A stretch of 50,705 nucleotides of DNA, taken from Bacteroidales bacterium. Its GTDB lineage: Bacteria; Bacteroidota; Bacteroidia; Bacteroidales; UBA4181. Under the pieces are notes generated by a model. It made no database searches. It was not told where the DNA came from and saw only the letters and a program-made list of their open reading frames with translations. Shown one piece after another: positions 9,905-19,002 of the stretch (position 1 is its first letter; each line of letters begins with the position of its first letter). The stretch spans positions 1 through 50,705 of the forward strand of contig JAVBPN010000223.1 of assembly GCA_031549585.1 (NCBI GenBank), in the 5' to 3' direction. Position numbers and translations under genes: made by a program.

Positions 9905-12900
9905 TTATCTTTTCTTTCTATAATTTGTTCTATATGCCAATGGTACCAAAAATAAGCTGATAACTGTTCCAATACTCATCCCGCCAATAAGCGCCCATGC
10001 AAACGGCTGTTGCAACTCGGCTCCCATATCGTTGGTAAACAATAATGGAACTACTGCCAACATGGTAGTGAGGCACGTAAGTATAATGGCTTTTAAACGC
10101 CGGTCACCCGCAGTGTGAACAGCGTCGTCTACATTCATTCCTTCACGGCGTAAGCGGTTAATAGTATCAATCTTTAAGATTGAATCGTTAAGAATAACGC
10201 CGCACATAACGATCAAGCCAATAGCCGACATTAAATTAAGCGTGTTGCCTGTGAACCAAAGGAATAACAGTGCCGCCGCGATGCCAACCGGGAGCTCTAT
10301 CATCAATATAAGGGGTTGTAGAAGCGACTCAAATTGCGCCGCAAGAATAAAATACAACATTAATACCGAAACAACCAGCACCAACATAAGCTCGCGAAGC
10401 ATCTGGCGGTTTTCAAAAATAGAACCAAAGAAACGTACTTCCGCTTCAGGGTGACGGTTTACCACTTCTTGCACTTTAGCTGCAATGGAAGGGTATTCTT
10501 TGTCATTGACATCGAAACTGACAGGAACATATTCCCCATCTTTACCTGCAGTAATAGTTTTTAAGTCAAATTCGCGATGCAGATATACCAAAGCTCTTAG
10601 GGGTATTTCTATTCCATTGTTATTGCGTATTTTTAATTGATCAATCATGTCGCTTACCCTTTGCGATTCTCCGCCGATTACCAATGGGACGAATTGTTGA
10701 TATGAACGCAATAATCCGATATCATTTTCATGGCAAGCGGTTTTTAGCTCCTGTATCAAGGTATTGTAATTTACATCGTAGAGCAATAACCGTTCGTGAT
10801 TAACTTCCACACGAAGATGCTCCCGAAAGGCCACAGAATGAGCGTGTGGCGTACCAAGATTTTCATCAATTTCTGTTACCAAAGTGTTGATCTCCGCAGG
10901 TGTAAAACCTACTGTTTTGCGCATGGGCGATAAGGCCGCGACCAATGGAGCATTACCGCTCTCAAAAATACGATCAAATAATGTGCTGGGAGGATAAAGA
11001 CGGTAAGATGCCTGAGGATAGTTTTTCCGCATATAATCCGACAACTGCGCTTGTCCCTGATGCAATTCTTTCTCACTTGTATAAGCAAAATAAATTTGGG
11101 CTTCTGAAAAACCCATGTCCGTATCCGCATTAATGAGAAATTGCTGCTGCCCGACAAAACGGTTTTCTTGCTTTGCCTTCACCGGAATAGATTCCAGCAT
11201 ACGGCTGATTCTCAAATTATTTTCATCGGGATGAATTTGTTCATTCCAGTCAATATACATCATGCAATCGATTTGGGTCATCTCAGGAAGGCGCGCTACA
11301 TTTAATGATGTGAAAAAGAAATACATGGAAGAACAAAAAACAACGGCTATCACAACAATAACAACAGGATAGCGGAATGTAAATGCCATGCCTGCATGAT
11401 ATAGACGATTGGTAATACGTACCATGAACGGCTCCCGTGTCTGGGTCAATCCTACTTGAGGCTTTCGTTGAAATATAACGCGATAGAGCACAGGAAGCAA
11501 TGTTACCGAAACGATAAGAGAAACGCCTAATCCGATTGCCACACCCATAGCTTGATCATAAAATAAAGCTCCGGCAATACCGCTTAAAAAGATCAAAGGA
11601 ACAAAAATACATACTGTGGTAAGCGCCGAACTGATCAACGGACGGATTACCTCATTAGCTCCCGCAACACAAGCGTCGCTTAATGACATGCCACGTTTTC
11701 TGTATTGTCCGATATTGTCTGTTACAATGATGGAGTTATCTACCATCATCCCCACTGCCATGATTAACCCAGACAGAGAGATAACGTTGAATGACATCCC
11801 AGCGAGATAGAAAAAAATGAGACACAATACCACCGATACAGGAATACTGACAGCCACCAATAAAGGAGACCGCCATTCACTCTGGAAAAAAAACAAAATA
11901 ATACACACCAACAGGATGCCCCAAGTAAGGTCTTGACGAAGGTTAGTAATCGAAAAGTCAAGCAGGGCGGTTTGATCTTGCGAAATGTCGAACTGTAAAT
12001 CAGGATAATCAGTTTCAAAACGTGTCATGAGCAACTTGATATTTTCGGTCATATCGGACATCCTTGCTTCACTTTGCTTAATGATGGCTAATGCAATTGC
12101 AGGTTGCCCGTTGCTCACAAACATGCCTTGTTTGGGTTGCGGCTCCATACGTACATTGGCAATATCGTGCAATGGAATAATACGGTTGCCGCCACGTATA
12201 GTGACATTCCCAACATCTTCGGCAGTACGTAATGCAGAAGTTAAGCGAATATTATATCGAAAAGAGCCTTCGCGTACCCAAAGGCTACCTACCGACAAGT
12301 TCTGACTACTAAGGGCATTCTCGATATCGTTGATTGTAAGGCCCAGACTTTGCATTTTGCTAAGATCCGGTTCTATCATCAGACGCGGTTCGGTGGTACC
12401 GCTCATATCAGCCATAGCCACTTCGGGCAATTGTTCAATGCGGTGACGGATTACAGTCGAAACAAAACTACTTAGTTCGAGAAAGTCTGTTTCATTTGTA
12501 TGTGCTGTTAAGGAAGAATTTGTATTTTGTAAGGCTTGTGGTGAAACTTCTTCCGAAGAATTGGGAGTAGACAAATTTTTAGGACGAAGCGACACATTGA
12601 GATAAAACACAGGAATATCGGTAGCGCTGGCTTTTAATACGCGCGGCCTGTCCATATCACGCGGCAGGTTTTGCATGGCAGCGTCAATTTTTTCATTGAC
12701 CTCAATAAAGGCATAATGTGTATTAATACCATATTGAAAACGCAAATGTAATACGCCCGTTCCATCACGTGTTTCGCTATGAATATCCTCCAAATGTCCT
12801 ACCTGTAATAATTGCCGCCGCAGAAGAGATGTAACGGCATTTTCCAATTCCCGCGCTGAACTATGCGGATAACTGTATTGAATAGTGATTTCTGGAATTG

Positions 12901-13015
12901 CCACATTGGGCATCAAAGATACCGGAAGATACGTATACGACACCCAACCAATGGCCATCAATGCCACGAAGGTCATTAAAACCGCAATGGGACGATCAAC
13001 GAGAAATTTTACCAT
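9905..13015 (-). CDS. Efflux RND transporter permease (AcrB/MdtB-like), first pump gene
   Basis: 1036 aa with an ATG start and a canonical N-terminus (MVKFLVDRPIAVLMTFVALMAIGWVSYTYLPVSLMPNVAIPEITIQ). AcrB-family architecture throughout. Confidence 0.9.
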   Translation of the reverse strand: MVKFLVDRPIAVLMTFVALMAIGWVSYTYLPVSLMPNVAIPEITIQYSYPHSSARELENAVTSLLRRQLLQVGHLEDIHSETRDGTGVLHLRFQYGINTHYAFIEVNEKIDAAMQNLPRDMDRPRVLKASATDIPVFYLNVSLRPKNLSTPNSSEEVSPQALQNTNSSLTAHTNETDFLELSSFVSTVIRHRIEQLPEVAMADMSGTTEPRLMIEPDLSKMQSLGLTINDIENALSSQNLSVGSLWVREGSFRYNIRLTSALRTAEDVGNVTIRGGNRIIPLHDIANVRMEPQPKQGMFVSNGQPAIALAIIKQSEARMSDMTENIKLLMTRFETDYPDLQFDISQDQTALLDFSITNLRQDLTWGILLVCIILFFFQSEWRSPLLVAVSIPVSVVLCLIFFYLAGMSFNVISLSGLIMAVGMMVDNSIIVTDNIGQYRKRGMSLSDACVAGANEVIRPLISSALTTVCIFVPLIFLSGIAGALFYDQAMGVAIGLGVSLIVSVTLLPVLYRVIFQRKPQVGLTQTREPFMVRITNRLYHAGMAFTFRYPVVIVVIAVVFCSSMYFFFTSLNVARLPEMTQIDCMMYIDWNEQIHPDENNLRISRMLESIPVKAKQENRFVGQQQFLINADTDMGFSEAQIYFAYTSEKELHQGQAQLSDYMRKNYPQASYRLYPPSTLFDRIFESGNAPLVAALSPMRKTVGFTPAEINTLVTEIDENLGTPHAHSVAFREHLRVEVNHERLLLYDVNYNTLIQELKTACHENDIGLLRSYQQFVPLVIGGESQRVSDMIDQLKIRNNNGIEIPLRALVYLHREFDLKTITAGKDGEYVPVSFDVNDKEYPSIAAKVQEVVNRHPEAEVRFFGSIFENRQMLRELMLVLVVSVLMLYFILAAQFESLLQPLILMIELPVGIAAALLFLWFTGNTLNLMSAIGLIVMCGVILNDSILKIDTINRLRREGMNVDDAVHTAGDRRLKAIILTCLTTMLAVVPLLFTNDMGAELQQPFAWALIGGMSIGTVISLFLVPLAYRTNYRKKR

Positions 13016-13105
13016 ACCAATAGACAGTTTGACAATTGATTAGGGATATTTTTAATTTTTATTTATTGAATTCAAGACTCGTTTCATTCTCAAGTAATCA
13101 CTCTA

Positions 13106-14176
13106 TCATTTGTCAATTACTTCGACTTCCACATCATGTGCCAAGTTGAAGTTTCCGCTGATAATTACCTGTTCACCCGGTTCAAGTTGGTCTTCAACCG
13201 TATATTCACGGCTATTTTCTAATCCGGTTTTCACATAACGCCATTGTGAACGGCCATTGGAGTACACAAATAAAACTTGGCGGTCGGAACGAAGCACCAC
13301 TGCTGATTTAGGTACAACTAATTTATCAGGAATAGATTGTTGCACAAGTACCCGTACATTCATCCCCTCATAAAGCTTGCCTTGTGCATTTTCTACAATA
13401 GCTTTAGCTTGTACCATACCGTTTTTATCTACTACGGGATTCATTCCGCTTAATGTTCCTTTGACTTTTGTTCCGGGATATGCAAGAGGCTCTATTTGCA
13501 CCTCGTTGCCCGACTTTAATAATTCTATTTCACTTTCCAGAACAGGAAATTCCACTTCAAATCGATCATCGCCAATAATGGTGCAAAAAGCCTCAGAAGT
13601 AGGAGCAATATTGTATTCTTTAACGGTAATGTTGGCCACTATACCTCTAATTGGGCTACGCAACACAGCATGCTGTAAATTATAGCGCGCTTGTGATAAA
13701 GCGACACGTGAACCGAGAAGTTGTGATTTATTGTATCCGGCTTGTAATATTGCCGGCGGAACCGATAATGTATCTTTTAATTCATAACGATAATTCAATA
13801 AATGATCATTTAAGGTCATTAAAGAGTTTTCTAGTGTTTCAGTAGCAATAATTACCTTATTCTGTAATTCGAATTCATCAATACGGGCAATTTCTTGGCC
13901 GGGCTCCACACGTTGGCCGTTGTGGACAGATATAGAAGTGATAAATTCTGCTGTGCGGAAGCGCAAATCGACTTTATTTAACGCTCCTAACCGGCCATTG
14001 CTTTGTAATTCGCGCAAAAAAACACCACGCTGAACGGTCATCGTAGTTACTTGCGGTAATTCTTGTACACGCTGTTGTGTGCGTTCATCATCTACAGACA
14101 AATCGGATTTACTCGCATTACCACAAGATAATAGGCCGAGGCAAAATGCGACGGGAAAAATGAGTTTTCGGATCAT
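13106..14176 (-). CDS. Efflux RND periplasmic adaptor (membrane fusion protein, HlyD family) lipoprotein
   Basis: The listed start at 14200 is TTG. ATG at 14176 gives MIRKLIFPVAFCLGLLSCG, a lipoprotein signal with a lipobox Cys. The body has HlyD/MFP-like barrel and hairpin segments. It lies directly upstream of the two RND pump genes. Confidence 0.85.
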   Translation of the reverse strand: MIRKLIFPVAFCLGLLSCGNASKSDLSVDDERTQQRVQELPQVTTMTVQRGVFLRELQSNGRLGALNKVDLRFRTAEFITSISVHNGQRVEPGQEIARIDEFELQNKVIIATETLENSLMTLNDHLLNYRYELKDTLSVPPAILQAGYNKSQLLGSRVALSQARYNLQHAVLRSPIRGIVANITVKEYNIAPTSEAFCTIIGDDRFEVEFPVLESEIELLKSGNEVQIEPLAYPGTKVKGTLSGMNPVVDKNGMVQAKAIVENAQGKLYEGMNVRVLVQQSIPDKLVVPKSAVVLRSDRQVLFVYSNGRSQWRYVKTGLENSREYTVEDQLEPGEQVIISGNFNLAHDVEVEVIDK

Positions 14177-14501
14177 AGACGTGGATAAAAGAATTTTCAA
14201 ATATAAAAATTATTTTGTGGAATGATACTGTATTATCGTAAATATCAACCTCATGAATAGATGATATTTGAACTAACTCATCCACATATAAATAAGACAG
14301 CCTTTTGACAAAGAAATTTTTCTTTGTCTTAATGATCAGGTGAGAGCAAATGCAGAGCAAAATGCCTCAGCGGTTTCTTATCTTTATCAATCGTCTGTTT
14401 AGCTATATTATTTTCGTTGTAAATAAAATAAAAAAAATCTGAAAAATGTAAATGGTAACAAAAAGGTAACTGAATTTTGAAGTAGCTTGATACGCACATT
14501 A

Positions 14502-14526
14502 TTCTTCCATACCACATATGGAAGAA
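14502..14526 (-). terminator. Hairpin downstream of cheD (weak terminator candidate)
   Basis: TTCTTCCATA-ccaca-TATGGAAGAA is a perfect 10-bp inverted repeat about 25 nt past the cheD stop. There is no clear U tract. Confidence 0.3.
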
Positions 14527-14550
14527 CGTAAATATTTGGTCAATAGCTTA

Positions 14551-15081
14551 TTACTTCCCGTTTCCTGATTTCTGGTAATTGAACCAGTCTATTTTTCGGG
14601 TATCCGGATTATCATTTCGACCATGAACAAACCGTTCAACAACTTCTCCCGTTTGGGTATTGAATTCTATAATCCTTCCTTTTTTCCCGCCTGTGCTTTC
14701 AGTGATAATCGGAATTTGAAATTCGTTAAGAATCTCATGGGCAACTTGAATATTGCGTTGTCCAATATGAAAATTTGTTGGCCTGTCAGCTAGAACTTCT
14801 GCCCCGCCATATACTTTGGCAACGATATTTTTGTATTCACTGCCTGCCTTTATCAATTCTTCCAAAATGTGAATAGTTGATAGATTGCCATATTTCATAA
14901 CGTCTAAATCGATACCATTCCAATATGGTAGCATAAAGTGATTAATTGCCCCCTTTTGCAATACAGTATCATAGAGGCAAACAGATATACATGAGCCCAA
15001 TACAGTACTAACAATACGTGAAGAAGAACCATCAACGTAAATATCAGCCGGGTATAACATATGTTTTGATAAGGGCATCAT
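14551..15081 (-). CDS. cheD: CheD-like chemoreceptor glutamine deamidase homologue
   Basis: 176 aa. LGSCISVCLYD carries the catalytic-Cys context typical of CheD. Also AKVYGGAEVL, IGQRNI and ESTGGKKGRIIEFNTQTGEV. No other che genes are in the window. Confidence 0.7.
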   Translation of the reverse strand: MMPLSKHMLYPADIYVDGSSSRIVSTVLGSCISVCLYDTVLQKGAINHFMLPYWNGIDLDVMKYGNLSTIHILEELIKAGSEYKNIVAKVYGGAEVLADRPTNFHIGQRNIQVAHEILNEFQIPIITESTGGKKGRIIEFNTQTGEVVERFVHGRNDNPDTRKIDWFNYQKSGNGK

Positions 15082-15361
15082 GTCTTCATTTTTTATATTA
15101 TACGAAAATTCACGATGACAAGTTTCATTTATGAATAATATTTTAGAGGTTGCTTAATTAGAGTAAATGTCCATTGGCAATATTATAAATTTTTATTAAT
15201 CAACAGCTTACGCGAATCAATAATAAGAAGTGATTATTTTATTGATTAGTAGCGTACTACATATATTTTTCGAAATCCCTTTAATGCTGCCAACTAATAG
15301 ATAACCAACGGTGTCGTTCATCAAGCAGTTGTCAGATGTCATGCAAAAATCGATATGAAAG

Positions 15362-16456
15362 CTATTTTGGAAGCAAATCAATGATTCTTTGCCCTGTATC
15401 GCCTAAATATGACAAAACAGTAGGAATATAAAGTTTTCCGCCATTATCGCTATTCGTGAACACAACCAGACCTTGTTTGGTCTTAGGCAAAACAATGACC
15501 AAAGTGCGGACTCCCTGGTCAGCTCCAGTGTGCATCAATGCAAACTCTGCCGTACCGATATTCTTAATGACTTCCCAACCTAATCCATAATACCGGTTGT
15601 CATCAAGACTTACTTGATTGGAAATCATATCGGTATAAATATCTTCCTTTAGTCCGCCATGATTCAGGATATACAGCACAAACTTGCAATAATCTTCCAC
15701 TGTAGTTAACAAATCATCTGATGCACTTGCCGTAGTTCTGTAGGTAGTTTCATATAAATTTCCCGACCGGTCATGCCACTTGGCAAACCTTGTTTCATCA
15801 ACGGATGAATCCCAACAATACCTTGTATCTTTCATCTGCAATGGCTCAAAAATCAATTCTTTGGCCAATTGATCAAATTTTTTCCCTGTCTTTTTCTCTA
15901 TGGCTTTTAACATATATTCATAACCTTCGCCCGAATATTGAAATTTCGTTCCCGGATCAAACTCGAACGCCAATTTTCCAGACGGCAAGTTCCACCGCCA
16001 ATTAGGAAATCCTGTTTGATGGCTTAAAACAATCCGTGTTGTTAATAGTTTGGTTCTCGGATCATCAGCAATGTCTGGATCTACCCAATATTTGTAAAGC
16101 GGTTCGTCCAAATCCCATACTCCCAGACTCGCCAATTTCAAGGCAACCAAAGCGGAAACCGGTTTGGTCAATGAAGCTACATTAAAAATCGCATTGACCG
16201 GAGCCGGCCTGCCTTTTTCCAACTCACCATATACATCTATGTTTTGAATTTGGCCATTTTGTATATACCCAACAGCCAGAGCCGGAACTTGATTTGCTAC
16301 CAACCACTTTTCCGTTTCTTTCCTGTCTTTGAATAGCATTGTCATATCAATAGTACTGGATGATGTTGTTTTGCCTGTTTGAGCACTCGCATCAGGTCTC
16401 TGTGCAAACATCACTACAACACAAAACATAAAAAACTCATTTAGATATCTTTTCAT
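15362..16456 (-). CDS. Serine hydrolase of the beta-lactamase/transpeptidase-like family (secreted)
   Basis: 364 aa with a signal peptide (FMFCVVVMFAQRPDASAQ) and an S-x-x-K active-site motif in NVASLTKPVSALV. Length and overall pattern fit class-C-like esterases/beta-lactamases. Confidence 0.85.
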   Translation of the reverse strand: MKRYLNEFFMFCVVVMFAQRPDASAQTGKTTSSSTIDMTMLFKDRKETEKWLVANQVPALAVGYIQNGQIQNIDVYGELEKGRPAPVNAIFNVASLTKPVSALVALKLASLGVWDLDEPLYKYWVDPDIADDPRTKLLTTRIVLSHQTGFPNWRWNLPSGKLAFEFDPGTKFQYSGEGYEYMLKAIEKKTGKKFDQLAKELIFEPLQMKDTRYCWDSSVDETRFAKWHDRSGNLYETTYRTTASASDDLLTTVEDYCKFVLYILNHGGLKEDIYTDMISNQVSLDDNRYYGLGWEVIKNIGTAEFALMHTGADQGVRTLVIVLPKTKQGLVVFTNSDNGGKLYIPTVLSYLGDTGQRIIDLLPK

Positions 16457-16523
16457 TTATTAATCACTTTATAGACATTTTTAACTGAAAATCTGAAACT
16501 TTAAATTTGAAATCTTAAATTTT

Positions 16524-18917
16524 CTATTCTGTTTTAATACTTTTCACCGGATTGACCATAGCCGCCTTGACCGCTTGAAAACCAACCGTAAGCAATGTTA
16601 ATATGACAACGATAACAATTGCTGCAACAAACATCCACCATCCGAGCGAAATACGATAGGCAAAGCTTTCCAGGTAACGGCTACCTACCCACCATGCTAT
16701 GGGAACAGCAATCAGTAAGGCAACACCTAACAATTTGATGTAACTGCCGGTAAATAAATTAACAATCTGAGGTATACTAGCGCCCAATACCTTGCGAACG
16801 CCGATCTCTTTGGTACGTTGCTCTGCCATAAAAGCTGTCAATCCAAATACACCAAGACAAGCTACCAAGATGGCCAGTATCGAAAAACAAACCGCTACAT
16901 GACTGGTACGCCGTTCCGCATCATATGCATTTTGTATTTGCACGTCAGGAAAACTGACTTCAAATAATTCATTGGGATAATATTTTTTGAATACCGTTTC
17001 ATAAGTTTTGAGTTGTTCCGATATATCTCCTTCTTTTACCCGAACGATCAGGAAAGGCTTTGACATGCGCATACTGTTATGAAACCCGACAGGAGTAATG
17101 GGGCGATGCAAACTCTCTACATTGAAGTTTTCTACCACACCACATACGTACACAGGATCGCCCCAACCAAGATTCGCCATTACTCTTTTCCCGACAGCTT
17201 CTTCGGGGGTTAACTCCAAATATTCCACTGCTTTCCGGTTGAGCACTATTTGTACAATTGAATCCCCCGCTGCTTGTTCGGCCAATGGTTTTCCGGCAAT
17301 AAATTTCAATTCCAACAATTCCGTCAAATGGGAATCAGCAGCAGTCGACCATAATCCTGAACCATTCCTATCTTCAGTATTTTTCTGTAAAACTACCTGA
17401 TTGTCTTCACCACGTACCGGAAAACCTTGCGACCGGGAAATCATCACGACCGAACTTTGCGCCTTATATTCATTTTCCAGGCTTTCAAAATTTGTATTCT
17501 CTGGGAATGCGTTCAATGAAATTCCCATTAAATGATGCGGGTTATAACCAATGTCTTTACTGTTGACATACCGGATCTGGGTTTGAACGACAATCACCCA
17601 TACAATCAGAATCATGGCAACAGCAAATTGGCCTACTGTTAATACCTTTCGTACCATGGCATGTTTTCCTCTGCCAGAAAATGAGCTTTGGCGAATTGCC
17701 AACAAAGGTGGGAATCCGGACAGATAAACAGCTGGATAAGAAGCTGCAATTAGTGTGGTTATCAACCATATCAAGGTTATACCTAACAAGAAGGCTGGAT
17801 GAAATATCAAACTAAAGTTTAGTTGTTCACCCAGTAGGCTGTTGAAAACAGGCAGCAAAGCCAATGATAATAAAAATGCGATGACAAAAGAAACAAATGT
17901 TAATAAGCCGGTTTCCACATATAGCCGGACAATTAACCCTCCGCGCTTGGCACCCAATGTTTTGCTTACGCCAATCTCTTTAAAACGTTTTTGTGCACGA
18001 GCAGTTGATAAATTCATATAGTTAACACAGGCCACCAATAAAATGATCGTAGCCAGCAGGGACAACATGTTTACTTTTCCTACATCACTCGGTGCATGGG
18101 TATAGGTTGACCGAAAGTTTGAAGAATGCAAATGGATGTCATCCAAACGTTGCAATGAAGGACGAAAAAAACTCTCTTGTTTGACTGCGGCATCCATCAC
18201 CTTTATCATTTGGCTTTCCACCATAGCAGCATCCGCATGATCAGCTAACAAGCAAAATGTTTCAAATACAACATTTCCCCAAATGATATACCCACTCAAC
18301 CAAGGAATAGGTGAAGATTCAAATTGTCCGATCATCTCATACGAGGCAAAAGAACTGTTCTCAGGAAAATCCTTGTATACAGCACTCACTTCTAACTGTT
18401 TCTGGTTGTCAATGATCAATGGTTCTCCCACTGGGTTTTGGTTACCAAAAAACCTTTTAGCTACTCTTTCAGATATGGCTACAGTATTTGGCCGAGACAA
18501 AGCCCCTTCTGCCGAACCTTGAATAAACGGAGTATCAAACAAACGGAAAAAATCTTTATCTGCCCAACAAAAATGACTGATTTTGAAAGGCCTATCACCC
18601 GCTTTCACTACATGGGTGTGCACATAAGTTCTCACCGTTGTTTCCACATCCGGGATGGCTTCCTGCATGGCTGGGCCAACAGCATTAGCCGTAGTACAGA
18701 GCGTTTCACCAACCTTTATTTTTGTCAACAACGAATTAATCCGGTAAATATTTTTATGTTCCTTGAATTGCTGATCAAACGAACGTTCGTTGTATACGAG
18801 CAGACAGATCAATAACACAACTGCCAATCCAATCGAAAGGCTCAAAATATTAATGATGGGAAACGTACCCCGCTTGGTCAGGTTACGCCACGAAATGTTG
18901 AGAAAAAATCGGTACAT
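16524..18917 (-). CDS. ABC-transporter permease, double FtsX / MacB-like (subfamily I)
   Basis: 797 aa with an ATG start. The N-terminus is MYRFFLNISWRNLTKRG followed by TM1. Two FtsX signature loops are present (NLSTARAQKRFKEIGVSKTLGAKR and EQRTKEIGVRKVLGAS), each preceded by a large extracytoplasmic domain. The C-terminus is NPVKSIKTE. Confidence 0.9.
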   Translation of the reverse strand: MYRFFLNISWRNLTKRGTFPIINILSLSIGLAVVLLICLLVYNERSFDQQFKEHKNIYRINSLLTKIKVGETLCTTANAVGPAMQEAIPDVETTVRTYVHTHVVKAGDRPFKISHFCWADKDFFRLFDTPFIQGSAEGALSRPNTVAISERVAKRFFGNQNPVGEPLIIDNQKQLEVSAVYKDFPENSSFASYEMIGQFESSPIPWLSGYIIWGNVVFETFCLLADHADAAMVESQMIKVMDAAVKQESFFRPSLQRLDDIHLHSSNFRSTYTHAPSDVGKVNMLSLLATIILLVACVNYMNLSTARAQKRFKEIGVSKTLGAKRGGLIVRLYVETGLLTFVSFVIAFLLSLALLPVFNSLLGEQLNFSLIFHPAFLLGITLIWLITTLIAASYPAVYLSGFPPLLAIRQSSFSGRGKHAMVRKVLTVGQFAVAMILIVWVIVVQTQIRYVNSKDIGYNPHHLMGISLNAFPENTNFESLENEYKAQSSVVMISRSQGFPVRGEDNQVVLQKNTEDRNGSGLWSTAADSHLTELLELKFIAGKPLAEQAAGDSIVQIVLNRKAVEYLELTPEEAVGKRVMANLGWGDPVYVCGVVENFNVESLHRPITPVGFHNSMRMSKPFLIVRVKEGDISEQLKTYETVFKKYYPNELFEVSFPDVQIQNAYDAERRTSHVAVCFSILAILVACLGVFGLTAFMAEQRTKEIGVRKVLGASIPQIVNLFTGSYIKLLGVALLIAVPIAWWVGSRYLESFAYRISLGWWMFVAAIVIVVILTLLTVGFQAVKAAMVNPVKSIKTE

Positions 18918-18948
18918 GGTATGCTGATTTAAGGTTTAAGGTTTAATA

Positions 18949-19002
18949 TTTAAAGTTTCAGCTACTAACCTGAAATCTTAAATTTGAAACTTTAAATTAT
19001 TT
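18949..19002. repeat. AT-rich palindromic intergenic repeat (54 nt identical to 21422-21475)
   Basis: Sequence: TTTAAAGTTTCAGCTACTAACCTGAAATCTTAAATTTGAAACTTTAAATTATTTT. TTTAAAGTTTC (18949-18959) is the exact reverse complement of GAAACTTTAAA (18986-18996). It lies just 3' of the stop of 19003..21390. Confidence 0.85.

Noticed and set aside
15216-15249. The inverted repeat AATCAATAA…TTATTGATT in the region between cheD and the serine hydrolase gene.
   Set aside because: A 9-bp AT-only palindrome in AT-rich intergenic DNA is plausible by chance.
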